From Tegillarca granosa (lineage: Eukaryota), in NCBI GenBank assembly GCA_029721355.1, contig CM056605.1, positions 4,278,108 to 4,342,107 of the forward strand: DNA of 64,000 bases, written 5' to 3'. Below the pieces are notes generated by a model. That model did not search any database. It was not told the origin of the DNA and saw only the letters and a program-made list of their open reading frames with translations. The translations under genes and the position numbers were made by a program. Below are positions 1 to 12,926 of this stretch, piece by piece. Position 1 is the stretch's first letter. Each line of letters starts with the position of its first letter.

Positions 1-149
1 AATTGACAAAGTTTATATATCTAATCAATCCATTATTCTGATTATAAAACAAGAGGCCCAAGATGGCCCTAATTTGCTCACCTGAGTTTAAATGTAACTG
101 GTATGTCTTGATAATACCTGGTTAAGTCATAACATGTTGCCTCAATAGA

Positions 150-372
150 AGTGGTTTCAGATAACATTATTGTTTTGGTTTTTAGCTATATAGGTCACTG
201 TGACCTACTTTTGGTAGCCAGTGACCAGAAACACAAATGAGAATGGCAATGGTTTAAAGGTGCTATTGACTAATATGAATGAAATGTGACCAGTAGTGTC
301 TGAGAGGAAGTCTTTTGATGGATGTATGGATAGATGGCAGAGTTCCTATCCATAACAAAAGCTCACATGAGC
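150..372. repeat. Partial copy (3' portion) of a ~600-bp interspersed repeat family that is also present at 2210..2810
   Basis: 187-330 aligns with 2580-2715 (ggtcactgtgacc...tttggtagc...aaacacaaat...gtgaccagtagt/gtgaccagaagtatctgaga). The shared terminal motif agctcacatgagc occurs at about 355 and about 2793. Confidence 0.5.
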
Positions 373-681
373 AATTTTCAGATCTGGATTTAAGACTTTA
401 CAGATTTGACACATTAATTAAAATATTTTTAAAAAAATTTGTAAAATTCAACTGCAATTTTTTTTTAAAAATTGTTCAATTAATTTAAAAAATGTCACAT
501 AACAATGATTTTGTAAAACAAAACAAAAAAAAATTTAAGGTTTTAGGTAAATCTACATATCAATATCACATGTATTTCAAAAATAATAATTCACTAAAAA
601 GTAAAAATTCATAACATCACTTCCATGCACCATTGTAAGTCATAAAATTCAGAAATTAAATAAATAACAAGATATGTTTCT

Positions 682-1490
682 TTGAAACAGATGTGTCGCC
701 TGACACTGCATAAAATTCAATCAAAGGGAAATAATTCAAAAACGGAACAAGATAGAGTTGTGGTTCTTGTGCACTGCACTTCGAGTCATTGCCAGAAACA
801 TGTACACCAAGTTTGGAGTCATTTGAACATACTACACCAAAGTTATGCTCCGGACAAGAAATGCTCTATAAAAATCAATCAAAGAGAAATAATTCAAAAA
901 CGGAACAAGATAGAGTTGTGGTTCTTGTGCACTGCACTTCGAGTCATTGCCAGAAACATGTACACCAAGTTTGGAGTCATTTGAACATACTACACCAAAG
1001 TTATGCTCCGGACAAGAAATGCTCTATAAAAATCAATCAAAGGGAAATAATTCAAAAACCGAAAAAGATAGAGTTGTGGTTCTTGTGCACTGCACTTCGA
1101 GTCATTGCCAGAAACATGTACGCCAAGTTTGAAGTCATTTGAACATACTACACCAAAGTTATGCTCCAGCAGAAATGCTCTATAAAAATCAATCAAAGAG
1201 AAATAATTCAAAAACGGAAAAAGATAGAGTTGCGGTTCTTGTGCACTGCACTTCGAGTCATTGCCAGAAACATGTACACCAAGTTTGAAGTCATTTGAAC
1301 ATACTACACCAAAGTTATGCTCCAGCAGAAATGCTCTATAAAAATCAATCAAAGAGAAATAATTCAAAAACGGAAAAAGATAGAGTTGCGTTTCTTGTGC
1401 ACTGCACTTCGAGTCATTGCCAGAAACATGCACACCAAGTTTGGAGTCATTTGAATGTACAACACCAATGTTATGCTCCGGACAAGGAAA
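682..1490. repeat. 158-bp tandem satellite, about 5 copies
   Basis: The unit atgctctataaaaatcaatcaaagagaaataattcaaaaacggaacaagatagagttgtggttcttgtgcactgcacttcgagtcattgccagaaacatgtacaccaagtttggagtcatttgaacatactacaccaaagttatgctccggacaagaa recurs with a 158-nt period (789 to 947 to 1105 to 1263). The ORF-track peptides 682/789/947/1295 are near-identical, confirming the periodicity. Confidence 0.9.
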
Positions 1491-1553
1491 TCCGGACGCC
1501 GCAGACGCAGACGACGAGAGTAATACCTATATGTCGCCTAGTCAGGCGACACA

Positions 1554-1945
1554 AAAAGTGGCCTCACTGGGATATGAACCCTCGACCCTTGGGTTGCTAG
1601 AATTGAAAAGAAAAAGGTTGAAAAAAGTGACTTGTATTTTACAGAATTTCATGAAAATTGTTAAACATATGATTCTTCACATAAGAAAATGATGTTTGGA
1701 AAAAGAATTCACCTAAATTTATTAATATTGTAATTTTGGTAAAAAAAGTACTATTTACAATGTATAAAAAATAAACGCAAAAACACGTAACCTAATTTTC
1801 CACAAAATTGTTAGAATTCACAAACTCCATTTATAAGATGCTTTAGATGCCAAATATCACATCAGATTTTATCTCAGTGAAGTGGTTTTGGAGAAGAAAA
1901 TAATTTTAGGTTTTCAACTATTTAGGTCAATGTAGCTATGGCAAC
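1554..1945. mobile_element. SINE-like interspersed repeat copy A. It begins with a tRNA-3'-half-like motif and is truncated or deleted relative to copy B
   Basis: gtggcctcactgggatatgaaccctcgacccttgggttgctagaattgaaaag... is colinear with 2210-2600. The minus-strand reading shows a T-arm-like GGGTTCA(T/A)ATCCC followed by an acceptor-like end. It is preceded on the plus strand by an A-run. Confidence 0.55.
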
Positions 1946-2037
1946 CTAAAAAGTAAAAAATCATAAAGTTTCTTCCATGCACTATTGTAAGTCATAAAAA
2001 TTCAGAAAATAAAAAAAAGAACAAGAAAGAAAGAAAA

Positions 2038-2095
2038 AAAAGTGGCTCCACTGGGATTTGAACCCTCGACCCTTGGGTTGCAGTATCACATGTAT
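2038..2095. mobile_element. Truncated head of the same SINE-like family (tRNA-like motif only)
   Basis: agtggctccactgggatttgaaccctcgacccttgggttgc is preceded by an A-rich tract and flanked by the short unit ...aaaaagtaaaaa(a)ttcataa...ttccatgcac(c/t)attgtaagtcataaaa(a)ttcagaaa, which is also seen at 600-680 and 2110-2170. Confidence 0.5.
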
Positions 2096-2209
2096 TAAAA
2101 AAAATAATTACACTAAAAAGTAAAAATTCATAAAATCTCTTTCATGCACCATTGTAAGTAAAAAAAAAATCAGAAAAAAAAAAAAAAATTAAATATTAAA
2201 AAAAAAAAA

Positions 2210-2810
2210 AAAGTGGCCTCACTGGGATTTGAACCCTTGACCCTTGGGTTGCTAGAATTGAAAATAAAAGGCCGAAAAAAGCGACTTGTATTTTACAGAA
2301 TTTCATGAAAATTGTTAAACATATGTTTCTTCACATGAGAAAATGATGTTTGGAAAAAGAGTTTACCTAAATTTATTCAATATTGTAATTTTTGTAAAAA
2401 AGTACTATTTACAATATACAAAAAATAAACCCAAAAACGCGTAACCTAATTTTTCACAAAAATTATTGAAATTCACAAACTTGGTATATAAGATGCCGTA
2501 GATGCCAAATATCACATCAGATTTTATCTCAGTGAAGTGGTTTTTTGGAGAAGAAGATTTTTTCAAGTTTTTAACTATGTAGGTCATCGTGACCCACATT
2601 TGGTAGCTATGGCAACCAAAAACACAAATCTGAAAGGCAATGTTCTATAGATGCTTTTGACCAAGTTTAAACAAAATGTGACCAGAAGTATCTGAGAAGA
2701 AGTCGTTTGAAGCAATTGTTGCCGGTGGGAGGGACCGATGGACGGACGGACCGATGGACGACGGAGGGTCTGCCTCTATTGATACCAATAGCTCACATGA
2801 GCTAAAAACT
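2210..2810. mobile_element. SINE-like interspersed repeat copy B, apparently full length (about 600 bp). The far end is GC-rich and terminates in agctcacatgagc
   Basis: It aligns over its full length with 1554-1945 and continues through 2580-2810, which matches 187-372. Immediately upstream is an A18 run (minus strand: tRNA-like end followed by a poly-T, Pol III terminator-like). Block 2716-2775 is GC-rich, containing ggaccgatggacg twice. Confidence 0.55.
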
Positions 2811-3227
2811 GTAAATAAGGCTGGTCACATGACATAAATGTGAGACTATGATCCTTTCAACCAAGAGAGGCCAAAGTGGCTGAGAGGTCCGATAAATGTG
2901 CTTACAGATCACAATGCCTTTCAAATCCCACTTAGGTAGATCTTACTCCTTCACATCCCTGAACTTACCATCTTAATATAAGTAAAAGATTATTGACTGT
3001 GACATAAAACATCATTAATCAAATCTGATCCTTAATCTAGAGGTTCTTCACATATTTCAGATTATAGATTTTCATTGATGTTTACTCCCCTTCTAATTTA
3101 ATTCAATAATTTTGACATGATATTTAGATGTCACCAGTATTGGCACAGGACATAACAAAAAACTATACATAAAGTTAAAAACACGGACATTACTTTCTGA
3201 GTTAACAGATATACTACATTATATTAC

Positions 3228-3284
3228 CTTTAACAGGAAAAATTCATCCCAAAAATTTGCATTTCCAAGGGAAGGATCATCACC
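3228..3284 (-). CDS. Second coding exon of the same unidentified gene. Peptide GDDPSLGNANFWDEFFLLK, phase 0 to phase 0
   Basis: Acceptor tttttttttag|GGTGATGAT. It is in frame with the previous exon. Donor TTAAAG|gtaatat. Later exons were not found in the window (the gene may continue beyond coordinate 1). Confidence 0.45.
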
Positions 3285-3945
3285 CTAAAAAAAAACAAGG
3301 AAAACACTGATATACTGTATATAATGGGAAAACAAATCCTTAACTTAATACCTTTATATGTGATATATGAACAAGTATTTACATGTGTAATACACAGTTA
3401 CAGATTTATACATCATGTGGACTTAAGTAATATAAATTTATGTCAAAGACCTTAATATTTTGATGCCACTGCTGTTCATAAAATAATCACTACATTATTG
3501 TTCAATTCTGAGTATTTTTGCTAGTCAAAATGTAAACTCTTTAATACTTAAAATGAAATCTATATGATCACTTGACTTGTAGCTGTCATAGATTTCTATT
3601 GCAATTAGCCACATTGATAATACCCATTACAACTAACACTGATAAAATACAAATTATAACATAGAGATGATACTATCCGTTACTAATAAATGTACTAAAA
3701 GTGGACCATTGTTGAATGGTAATTGTGGACAAACTCTGTAAGCTAATGGTTGAGTGAACCAACTTTGTAAGCTAATGGTTGAACAAATCTGTTGGTAGTG
3801 TCGCTTCATAACAGTGAAAATATCTTATCTCTCCAAATCAACATCAGAATTAAGCAATAAAACTTTTTAAGATGATTTAATGACAGTTACAAAATCATCA
3901 ACTTCAAACTTACCAGCTTTCTAACAAATTTCTGGTTTAGCTTAC

Positions 3946-4062
3946 CTGGAAAAATGCTTCATATATCTGTACAATTTTTTCTTTTAATGCCATTTTACTA
4001 GATGAACTTTTCCTTAAAAGAATAGGATGTGTTCTTTTTTCCTGCTGTACTTCTTGCATCAT
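3946..4062 (-). CDS. First coding exon of an unidentified gene. Peptide MMQEVQQEKRTHPILLRKSSSSKMALKEKIVQIYEAFFQ. A 5'UTR intron acceptor lies just upstream (gttacag|aaaccATG)
   Basis: The minus-strand ATG is at 4062. The open frame runs to a consensus donor TTCCAG|gtaagc at 3946. A polypyrimidine/ttacag acceptor sits 5 nt before the ATG. Confidence 0.55.
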
Positions 4063-7000
4063 GGTTTCTGTAACAAAAAAATATTTGTATTTTTTAAACA
4101 TAAAATGGGTTACACATAAACAGGCGTGATGCTATACTGACATATGACAAGTCAACTGGGCTTTTAGATAAAATTTAATGTAGGTCCAGATTGTAATTTT
4201 TATATAATCATCCATTAAAATATGCAGAGGTTTTACAGTGTATATCTCATTTTTATTATAGTTAACGTTAATGGAATAAAAGTATGGGGGTATGATATTT
4301 ATAGTTTCAAGACCAGTAATCTTTGAAATCTACTGGTCATACCTAAAATTGTGGTCCATAAACAGTGAAACAAACAAATAAAATAAGAAATCAGGTGTTC
4401 AGGTGTACAAAATAGTACATGTGATAGATTTAATAGAAAAGTCCATGTTTCCATGTTCACTTGTACAACATGAGAACACAGAAATATACGTACATAAAAA
4501 TATTTGAAAATCCAATTTTATGCAACATATAGTTAACACTTGGAATGCACTACCAGATTCTGTTGTTAACGACATTAATGACAATTGAAAACAACCTTAA
4601 TATATATTGGAAAGACATGAATGTTCAATACCTGCACACCATTATCCCAAGACTTAACATAAAAAATTAAATAAGGCCACAGAGACATCACTTCGACAGG
4701 GAGTTACAGGTATGAAATTACACTGTAATAATATGTGGTATTGGGTTGTTTTGCTCCATTTCCTGTAATAAACAATTGTGTTTAAAATTTGCAAGCCAAA
4801 CATATGTTGAGACAATTAAAATGTCACTACTGAGAATGATCAACTAATTCAATTCTTTTGATTTGAACTATCTTACTTCATCTTTGCATACAGAACAGGT
4901 GAAAAATATAACATTTAAAATTATTGTAACCACACCCATATTTTATAATCATTTTTTTTATCCTGTGAATAAAATGCTTTCATAAAGTTCATAATGCAAT
5001 ACATTTTTTACACCATATACCATCTGAAGAAAAAAAATTCTGCTGTAGAACACTTAATATCATTTACAACAAAGTCCCAAACTCTAATCATGCAAACAAA
5101 ATATGTAACTACTAAGACAATATTAATAATTTTTTATCAATATTTCAACTAACAAATAGAAATATTATGTCTGAAAAAAATGTCTAAAAAATATTATTTA
5201 TAAAACCAATAAACACTCAATAGTACAAGAAATGGGTTCATCAACCCAGGACAAATAGGAACTTGGGGAGAATAAACACGACAAACCGGCAAAACTACTC
5301 GGGTCTACTACTAGTTTTGAACGAAACGATGCATATTTTAATTTCAAAGAATGTTGTAAATCGAGAGCTCTGTTCGCCACTCAACATTCCAGTCATTGCA
5401 TTAGTGCTTACAAAATATTATCTCAATCAGGTTTTCTTTTTTACAGCATTTAACTGTCATACATAAGGAAATAGTGACGGAAAAATTGTATATAGAAAAT
5501 CTGTAGTAGTTAATTTCTAGATGAATAAAAAGGGCAGTACGATAGAGATATTTTCTTTGGCGATTTTGTATGCTCACTTTGGATTTGATGCATTGAAAAC
5601 TATACAAATTTGTATTTTAACTTCCTAAAATATAATTTCTTACATAAAGAAAATGACCTTATTCTTTGAAAAGTTTTAATTTCCTTGGCAAGAGAATATA
5701 TCCATCCAGTTGGCAATGTGGACAGACATTTTCAATACTTCCGGTTTTACCGAAGAAAATTTTGAATTGTAAAAACTAAGTTTCGTACTTTAGATTCCGG
5801 TGCTATGGTGATTTACGTAAAGACATATTTAATTTATAATTTGTAAAAAAATGTTTACAACTATATTATATTTAACTAATGCAACAAAAATGATTTTCTA
5901 GATCAACCAATTAATTAATTTTTCTCATTTAAATGAATATGCGCTTCCTATCGGGAACCCCAACATCGTGTACTTTTTTTTACCTTTAAGAATTTCAAAT
6001 AAAATTTTATAGAAATCATGAATATTTTTATCTGAATAGTTTACTTATAACCAAAATGATTTTATACTTAAGATTTAAAATTAATATGATCATGCATTTG
6101 CAATACATTATATTCACTGCGGAGATCGAAAGAGGTTGTCGTCATGACAGATAGGACTCTTTCGCTCTGAAAATGATGAATGGTTTCATTATGTAACAAA
6201 ATACTTTTTATGATGGGATTATCTAATAGAAATTGCATTCATAAGTACAGGTAGAAATAATTGAAATCAATTTGAAAGATAATTTTTAATCTGATTCAGT
6301 TTAGAGAAAATTGCCAAATAATGTCTTTCAGTCTGACCAGTGACCAGTGTGTAAAATGTAACTGAGCCTGAAAGAAGCATCATTGTGTGTTAGGAGGTTA
6401 TCAAATATGACAATTGTTCAGAATCTTAAGGTTTTTATTCTGATCAGCCCTTGTCGCTTAATGTGAATTTAGGCACAGTCTAGATAGGAAAAAATATGTT
6501 TTTCTCTTCAAATCAGTCGATCAGACTCAATCACTTCAATAGCCAATTTAGGTTTATTGTGAGCAAGGATTGCATCTGTGTTGTCAATGTGTCAAATATT
6601 AATTTCAATTTCTGTTTAAGTCATTCAGTTTTTCTTTAAAAAGCTTGAAAAGTAGAAATAGGAGGGAAAGCAATTGGTTTCTCATATCCAATGTCAATTG
6701 GCCATTCTGTAAGTAATATTTAACATGTAAAATCTTTTAGAATGAAGGTGAAAAAAGGAATGAATTTAACAAAAAATTTTAGAAATGCAACAAGATAAAT
6801 GTTTCAGTTTTTTTCTTCAAAAAATTACATGAATACAACTTTGTAGGTGAGCTCAACATTATCTACTGTCATCTAAAAAGCACTTGCAAGAATATTGTGT
6901 GCCACAAAAAATTTAACAGAAATGTGCTGGTACTGTTTGATAATTATGTATTAAGTAGCAGTTAAATTATGTCACATTTTGCACCACAAGTTTTTGACAA

Positions 7001-7077
7001 TTTCTATGCCAAACAAATTAATTTGCATATTGAAAATGTATTTGCTGCAAATTTTATTTTCAAAATTAGATTTTTTA

Positions 7078-7135
7078 TTTTTTATTATTATTATTATTAT
7101 TATTTTTTTTTTATTTTTTTTTTTTTTGAGGGTGG
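7078..7135. repeat. (ATT)n / poly-T low-complexity tract
   Basis: ttttttattattattattattattatttttttttt... by direct inspection. Confidence 0.8.
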
Positions 7136-7438
7136 GTTGGGATGAGTTTTTAATTTTTTATAAATTTTGGAAAAAAGAAAATCAGGTGTGAGGTGAGAGA
7201 TGAATATTGCACTTTGTTTTCAACAAGTATTTTATAAATGAAATGAAATCTAGGTATTTAAAAAACATTTCTTTTTTATTCACACAGAACTAGAGAAAAT
7301 GATAAAAATGGTCTTAACTACATTAGTTTCTCAAAAATGATTAGGTTTATTTTCATTTCAGTGATATGAGATATATTAGGGTATGGTTTTGATAAGTTTT
7401 ATATTTCAATTATTGCAGGAATTGATAAAGATACAAAC

Positions 7439-7687
7439 ATGGATGAATCCATCATTAGAGAAATTTCAGCAGAGAAATTGCCACTGTTGGAAGAAAAGAG
7501 CACACTTAATGAACTTAAAGAGAAAAGTATCTTGATTGACATTGCTCAGGAGACACAAAATGAACCCGGTTTATCCAAGTTATCCCAGGATGAATTAATG
7601 GAAAAAGTAGAAAATATACTTCTAGAAAGAATAAAAACTGGAGAAAGGAGAGCAAACTTTCAACTTGGATTATTTTACTATGAACAG
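7439..7687 (+). CDS. LRP2BP: LRP2-binding-protein-like Sel1-repeat protein, coding exon 1 (83 aa, MDES...LGLFYYEQ)
   Basis: ORF-track 7439 frame. Donor GAACAG|gtgata at 7688. Peptide ELMEKVENILLERIKTGERRANFQLGLFYYEQ parallels the vertebrate LRP2BP N-terminal region (…[24 protein letters not shown]…). Confidence 0.75.
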
Positions 7688-8185
7688 GTGATACATGTAT
7701 ATTATTTAGTACACATTTCTATGGTAGATAAAAGAAGCAAGTGTTCTATTTATAGAAAGATGTCTAAATGGATCACTACCTTAAAGTTGCTTATCTGAAT
7801 CATACTTAGTTTAGAAATTAGAAAAATTCTTAAATAAAATATATAGAAAAATTTTAGATTTTTAAAAATTAAGAGTGTCCGACAAATACTGATTTTTTTA
7901 AAGCTAACGTCTGGTTGTATATCCAGGTTTACTCATGATACTGTCATCATATTTTTGTATAGTGTTATGTAATTCCAGTTTCAGTGTATGTTCTCTTTAT
8001 TTTTAAAAATATAATGGTGCCTGTTAAAACTGAACACACTGAACACCAAAGATTTAAACATTATTTGATTTACAATGTTAACAAACAATGCATTTTCAGA
8101 CTTCTAAGGGTTCATTTTCCACAGGTTCCACATGCAATGTTCCACCATAAATATATCCATATATTATACCTCATGCTCTTTGTAG

Positions 8186-8299
8186 GAGATATATGACAAA
8201 GCCAGGATATACTTTGACCGAGCCAAAGATTATGATTACCAAGCATTATTTATGTTAGCCACCATGCTGTATGATGGTTTAGGCTGTAACTCTGAACAA
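8186..8299 (+). CDS. LRP2BP: LRP2BP-like exon 2 (EIYDKARIYFDRAKDYDYQALFMLATMLYDGLGCNSEQ)
   Basis: Acceptor ctctttgtag|GAGATA. Donor GAACAA|gtaagt. Phase 0/0. Sel1-repeat signature (YDGLG). Confidence 0.8.
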
Positions 8300-9132
8300 G
8301 TAAGTATAACATGTAACAAGTTGACATGAATTATAATGTACTAGTGGTTTTCATTCTATGACTGGTGCATGGTATGTGCATTGAACTTGGTGTAACTGTG
8401 CTTAGCATTGGCATATATGTATGTTTTGTCTACTTTGTTTTACAAATAAATAATGCTTTGTTTATTCAAATTGGATAGATAAATGTTTTACAGCCAAGAA
8501 ATCAAAATGTCCCAGAGAAATCTACTAACATTCTGTAACTAGATTTGTTATAATTTTTTTTTGCTTTTTAGGTTACAGCAATTTCTTACAGCATTAGCTG
8601 GACAAAACCTTTTACAAACATTTTGAATTCTTAGTGAAATTTATGTTTTTTGGTTTTTTTTGTTATAGTTTTAAGCTTTACCTCAATTTTCCTTAAACAT
8701 CACAAGGAATGAATTTGTTTACTTGTATATTAAAAATAGCATGTTTAGTTAGTTTTTAAAAATTTTAATTTTAGCAAACAGATGTGAAGAGCTTGAAGGT
8801 ACAAAATTACAGTTATTAAGTTGTTGACTTGTGTCCCTCTTTGGTTATAAATCAGCTTTTACACCTTGGGTGCTGTTTCATACCTTAAACGGCCAGACAT
8901 AGAAATTTGATCAAAGTTGTATCACATGTTGGCTTTACTAGCTTTTTTCTCCTTTATTAACTATACTTATACTTTGCTTACATGCTTTAACACTAGTTGT
9001 TAATACGTTTATTGTTGTGATGTATTTGTCTGTTGTTTAATAACACATGTATTTTAACCTTATAGAAACCTATAAGGTATTCATAACTAACTTAGAAAAT
9101 AGATACTTCTACTGGGTAATCAGTTAATATGT

Positions 9133-9220
<88 letters not shown>
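9133..9220. repeat. Compound microsatellite, (TG)9 followed by (TA)about 35
   Basis: gttgtgtgtgtgtgtgtgtatatatatata... continuous to 9220. Confidence 0.95.
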
Positions 9221-9223
<3 letters not shown>

Positions 9224-9671
9224 AAATAAATATTGAACACAAAACTTTAGAGTAATTTCTGAGTTACCCAGTTTATAATGGCAAAGTCTTGTGGTTAAAA
9301 ATAAATAAGAATTAAAGAAGCATTGTTTCCAAAATATTTCACAAAAACATTTCTCGTTTACCTTTTTTTCCCTGTGGAAAGTAATTAAAACATGTCATCA
9401 ATGTATTATTGAATTTAATTATGAATTTAATTTTTTTCTTTTTTTTACCATTCACACCACAAATTTAGCAACAGCTGGCTAACCAGACCTCTGTCATTAT
9501 ACATTATTGATTGATTTATTAACTTTATGTAAATCTTGTGTTTTTAATAGTATTTGTGTAGATTTGAGGTATTCCAATGAAATATCAAAATGACAAACAT
9601 TGGCAGAAAAAAAATTTCACATTAAAAAATTGATAGACTATATTAGATAGCTTCAAAGAAATGTAAAGAAG

Positions 9672-11038
9672 TATCATCTGATAAATGCTGGGTTAATCCC
9701 ACCACAGTAAAGGGTTATCTTTTGATAAATGCTGGGTTAATCTCCTCACAGTAAAGGGTTATCATCTGATAAATTCTGGGTTAATCTCATCACAGTAAAG
9801 GGTTATCTTCTGATAAATGCTGGGTTAATCTCATCACAGTAAAGGGTTATCTTCTGATAAATGCTGGGTTAATCTCATCACAGTAAAGGTTTATCATCTG
9901 AAAAATGCTGGGTTAATCTCATCACAGTAAAGGTTTATCTTCTGATAAATGCTGGTTTAATCCCACCACTGTGACAGTAAAGGGTTATCTTCTGATAAAT
10001 GCTGGGTTAATCCCATCATAGTAAAGGGTTATCATCTGATAAATGCTGGGTTGATCTCATCACAGTAAGGGGTTATCATCTTATAAATGCTGGGTCAATC
10101 TCATCACAGTAAAGGGTTATCTTCTGATAAATGCTGGGTCAATCTCATCACAGTAAAGGGTTATCTTTTGATAAATACTGGGTTAATCCCACCACAGTAA
10201 AGGGTTATCATCTGATAAATGCTGGGTTAATCTCATCACAGTAAAGGGTTATCATCTGATAAATGCTGGGTTAATCTCATCACAGTAAAGGGTTATCATC
10301 TGATAAATGCTGGGTTAATCTCATCACAGTAAAGGGTTATCATCTGATAAATGCTGGGTTAATCTCATCACAGTAAAGGGTTATCATCTGATAAATGCTG
10401 GGTTAATCTCATCACAGTAAAGGGTTATCATCTGATAAATGCTGGGTTAATCTCATCACAGTAAAGGGTTATCATCTGATAAATGCTGGGTCAATCTCAT
10501 CACAGTAAAGGGTTATCTTTTGATAAATACTGGGTTAATCCCACCACAGTAAAGGGTTATCATCTGATAAATGCTGGGTTAATCTCATCACAGTAAAGGG
10601 TTATCTTCTGATAAATGCTGGGTTAATCTCATCACAGTAAAGGGTTATCATCTGATAAATGCTGGGTCAATCTCATCACAGTAAAGATGTATTGTCTGAT
10701 AAATTCTGGGTTAATCTTATCACAGTAAAGGGTTATCATCTGATAAATTCTGGGTTAATCTCATCACAGTAAAGGGTTATCTTCTGATAAATGCTGGGTT
10801 AATCTCATCACAGTAAAGGGTTATCATCTGATAAAAGCTGGGTTAATCTCATCACAGTAAAGGGTTATCATCTGATAAATTCTGGGTTAATCTCATCACA
10901 GTAAAGGGTTATCATCTGATAAATACTATGTTAATCTCCTCACAGTAAAGATGTATCATCTAATAAATGCTGGGTTAATCTCATCACAGTAATGGGTTAT
11001 CATCTGATCAATGCTGGGTTAATCTCATCACAGTAAAG
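9672..11038. repeat. 44-bp tandem satellite, about 31 copies, in LRP2BP-like intron 2
   Basis: Unit cacagtaaagggttatcatctgataaatgctgggttaatctcat repeats head to tail with point variants (tcatc/tcttc, gggtta/gggtca). Confidence 0.9.
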
Positions 11039-11496
11039 ACAAATAATGTCATGTACCAGAGCTTTGATTCTACTTATCATTTAGCTTTTTAAGAAATAAC
11101 TTGATACCAGTATTTGTTTAAATGTGTAATACCAGTACATGTATACTAGTATTCTTTAAAAATTGTACAAAGTTTCCAAAACGGCTTTATTGGCTTTACC
11201 TCCAATCTATACATGTATTTTGAAACATTTTGATTAATTGTTTCTTTTTCACACTTTTATTTTCAATTATAAAATTATAATTTATTTCTTAATTGTTTAT
11301 ATAAAAACCACATTACAAAGCAATGGGGACAACATGATAAAGATCTTTTCTTTATATTGCATAATCAAATTTTCAAGGTTAGCCACACCCATCAGATATG
11401 ATGTGATCAACTGATTATAAATAACAGTAATAATGAAATATTCAGTTTAATCATCTGACATTAAACTCAAATAAATGTTTTAAATTTTATTATTAA

Positions 11497-11498
11497 TA

Positions 11499-11531
<33 letters not shown>

Positions 11532-11532
11532 T
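11497..11532. repeat. (TTA)n microsatellite
   Basis: tattattattattattattattattatt. Confidence 0.8.
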
Positions 11533-11911
11533 TGTATTTATTCCTTGAAAAAATGTCTGAATTAAATTATCAGTAATAACTGTGATATTATTGTTTTATT
11601 GGAGTTAAAAAAAAAGATTTCCTGTACTTTAAATAATGTACAAATCATTTTGGTTTGTTTTCTGTCTTGTATACACCACTAAAAATATCAGTTATTCATC
11701 ATACAATATAACAGATTAATAAAAAATTTGCATTATATATCCAAGAACCATCATTGCAGCAGTTGTAAGACATGTGAACTTTATTTACCGGTATATACCA
11801 TAAATATTGTAATCTGATTCAGAAGATGACCAGAATATTTAAATTGGAAATAATAATAATGTTGAATTGCCTTATTAGGTATATAATATTTACATCTTTT
11901 ATTTTATTTAG

Positions 11912-12057
11912 AAATTAGGTGTAGAATATTTAAAGAAAATAGCCATGTCTGATAGTAATAAAGTCAAACACATTATACACGCAGCACAGTATAACATCGG
12001 TCGGGCGTATTTCCAGGGATATGGAGTAGAGAGACAGTCTGACAAGGAAGCTGAAAA
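11912..12057 (+). CDS. LRP2BP: LRP2BP-like exon 3 (KLGVEYLKKIAMSDSNKVKHIIHAAQYNIGRAYFQGYGVERQSDKEAEK)
   Basis: Acceptor ttttatttag|AAATTA. Donor GAAAA|gtaagg. Sel1 motif AAQYNIGRAYFQGYGV matches the LRP2BP AAAYNLGRAYYEGKGV. Confidence 0.8.
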
Positions 12058-12746
12058 GTAAGGGAGAAGAAGAGATTTATATATACACTCAAATATAGAT
12101 ACTGGTATATTAATACACATACCATATTATATAACACAATAGGAGAAAACAATTCCATCTTATAACAAAAATTAAAATAAGAGATAGACATCTGATTTGT
12201 ATAATGTTCTTCTCATAAGGAGGAAAGGTAGCTTAATTTTTGATCACCTATAGTCTTACAAAATTCAAATTTGTCTATCATTATTTACACAATCAATGTT
12301 GGGTTTTCTTAAATCTTTCATATATTATTTATGTATGTGTATTATATCTAGAATTTATTTGTTGTCAGTGAGAGTCTCATTTGTTAATGAAGAATCAAGA
12401 GGTGAAATTACTTTGGTTTCTTAAACAAATCATTACACATTTACACATTAAAGACATATTGCATAGTCACAGGGATACCAGTATTGTGCATTCATGATTG
12501 ACTAATATATTTTTATTTTTCCTGCCTCCTTTTGATACTGAGTAATAATTTTGTTATCTTAATCAAGTTAATGATATTTGATTGGAATACTGATTTACAT
12601 ATATTGACAAAATAAAGGTCAATCTTGAGATGAAATTTTGGTCCATAGTATAAATGTATTTTGTGTTCAATGATACAACATGTATTACTAACAGCTAACT
12701 AAATATTCATCAAATTTTGAAAATTTGTAAAAACTAATATTACTAA

Positions 12747-12926
<180 letters not shown>

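Noticed and set aside
1554-1600. Possible genuine tRNA genes (here and at 2038-2095, 2210-2260, 44215-44527)
   Set aside because: Only a T-arm-like half or defective cloverleaves are present. There are no pairing acceptor stems, and one copy lacks the anticodon arm. They are better explained as SINE or tRNA-derived pseudo-elements.
682-1692. Overlapping 60-147-aa ORFs on both strands with repeated peptide blocks
   Set aside because: They are generated by the 158-bp satellite. The internally repetitive peptides have no start/stop or splice context.
2716-2775. GC-rich block (ggaccgatggacg ×2) as an independent CpG island
   Set aside because: It lies inside the SINE-like copy B and is most simply that element's terminal region, not a host regulatory island.
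7984-8196. Small ORFs within LRP2BP-like introns (also 11908-12191 minus, 13810-13995 minus, 14099-14329 plus, 16331-16534, 16793-16984)
   Set aside because: They either overlap true exons in the wrong frame or strand, or lie in introns without splice context. The exon-level reconstruction supersedes them.
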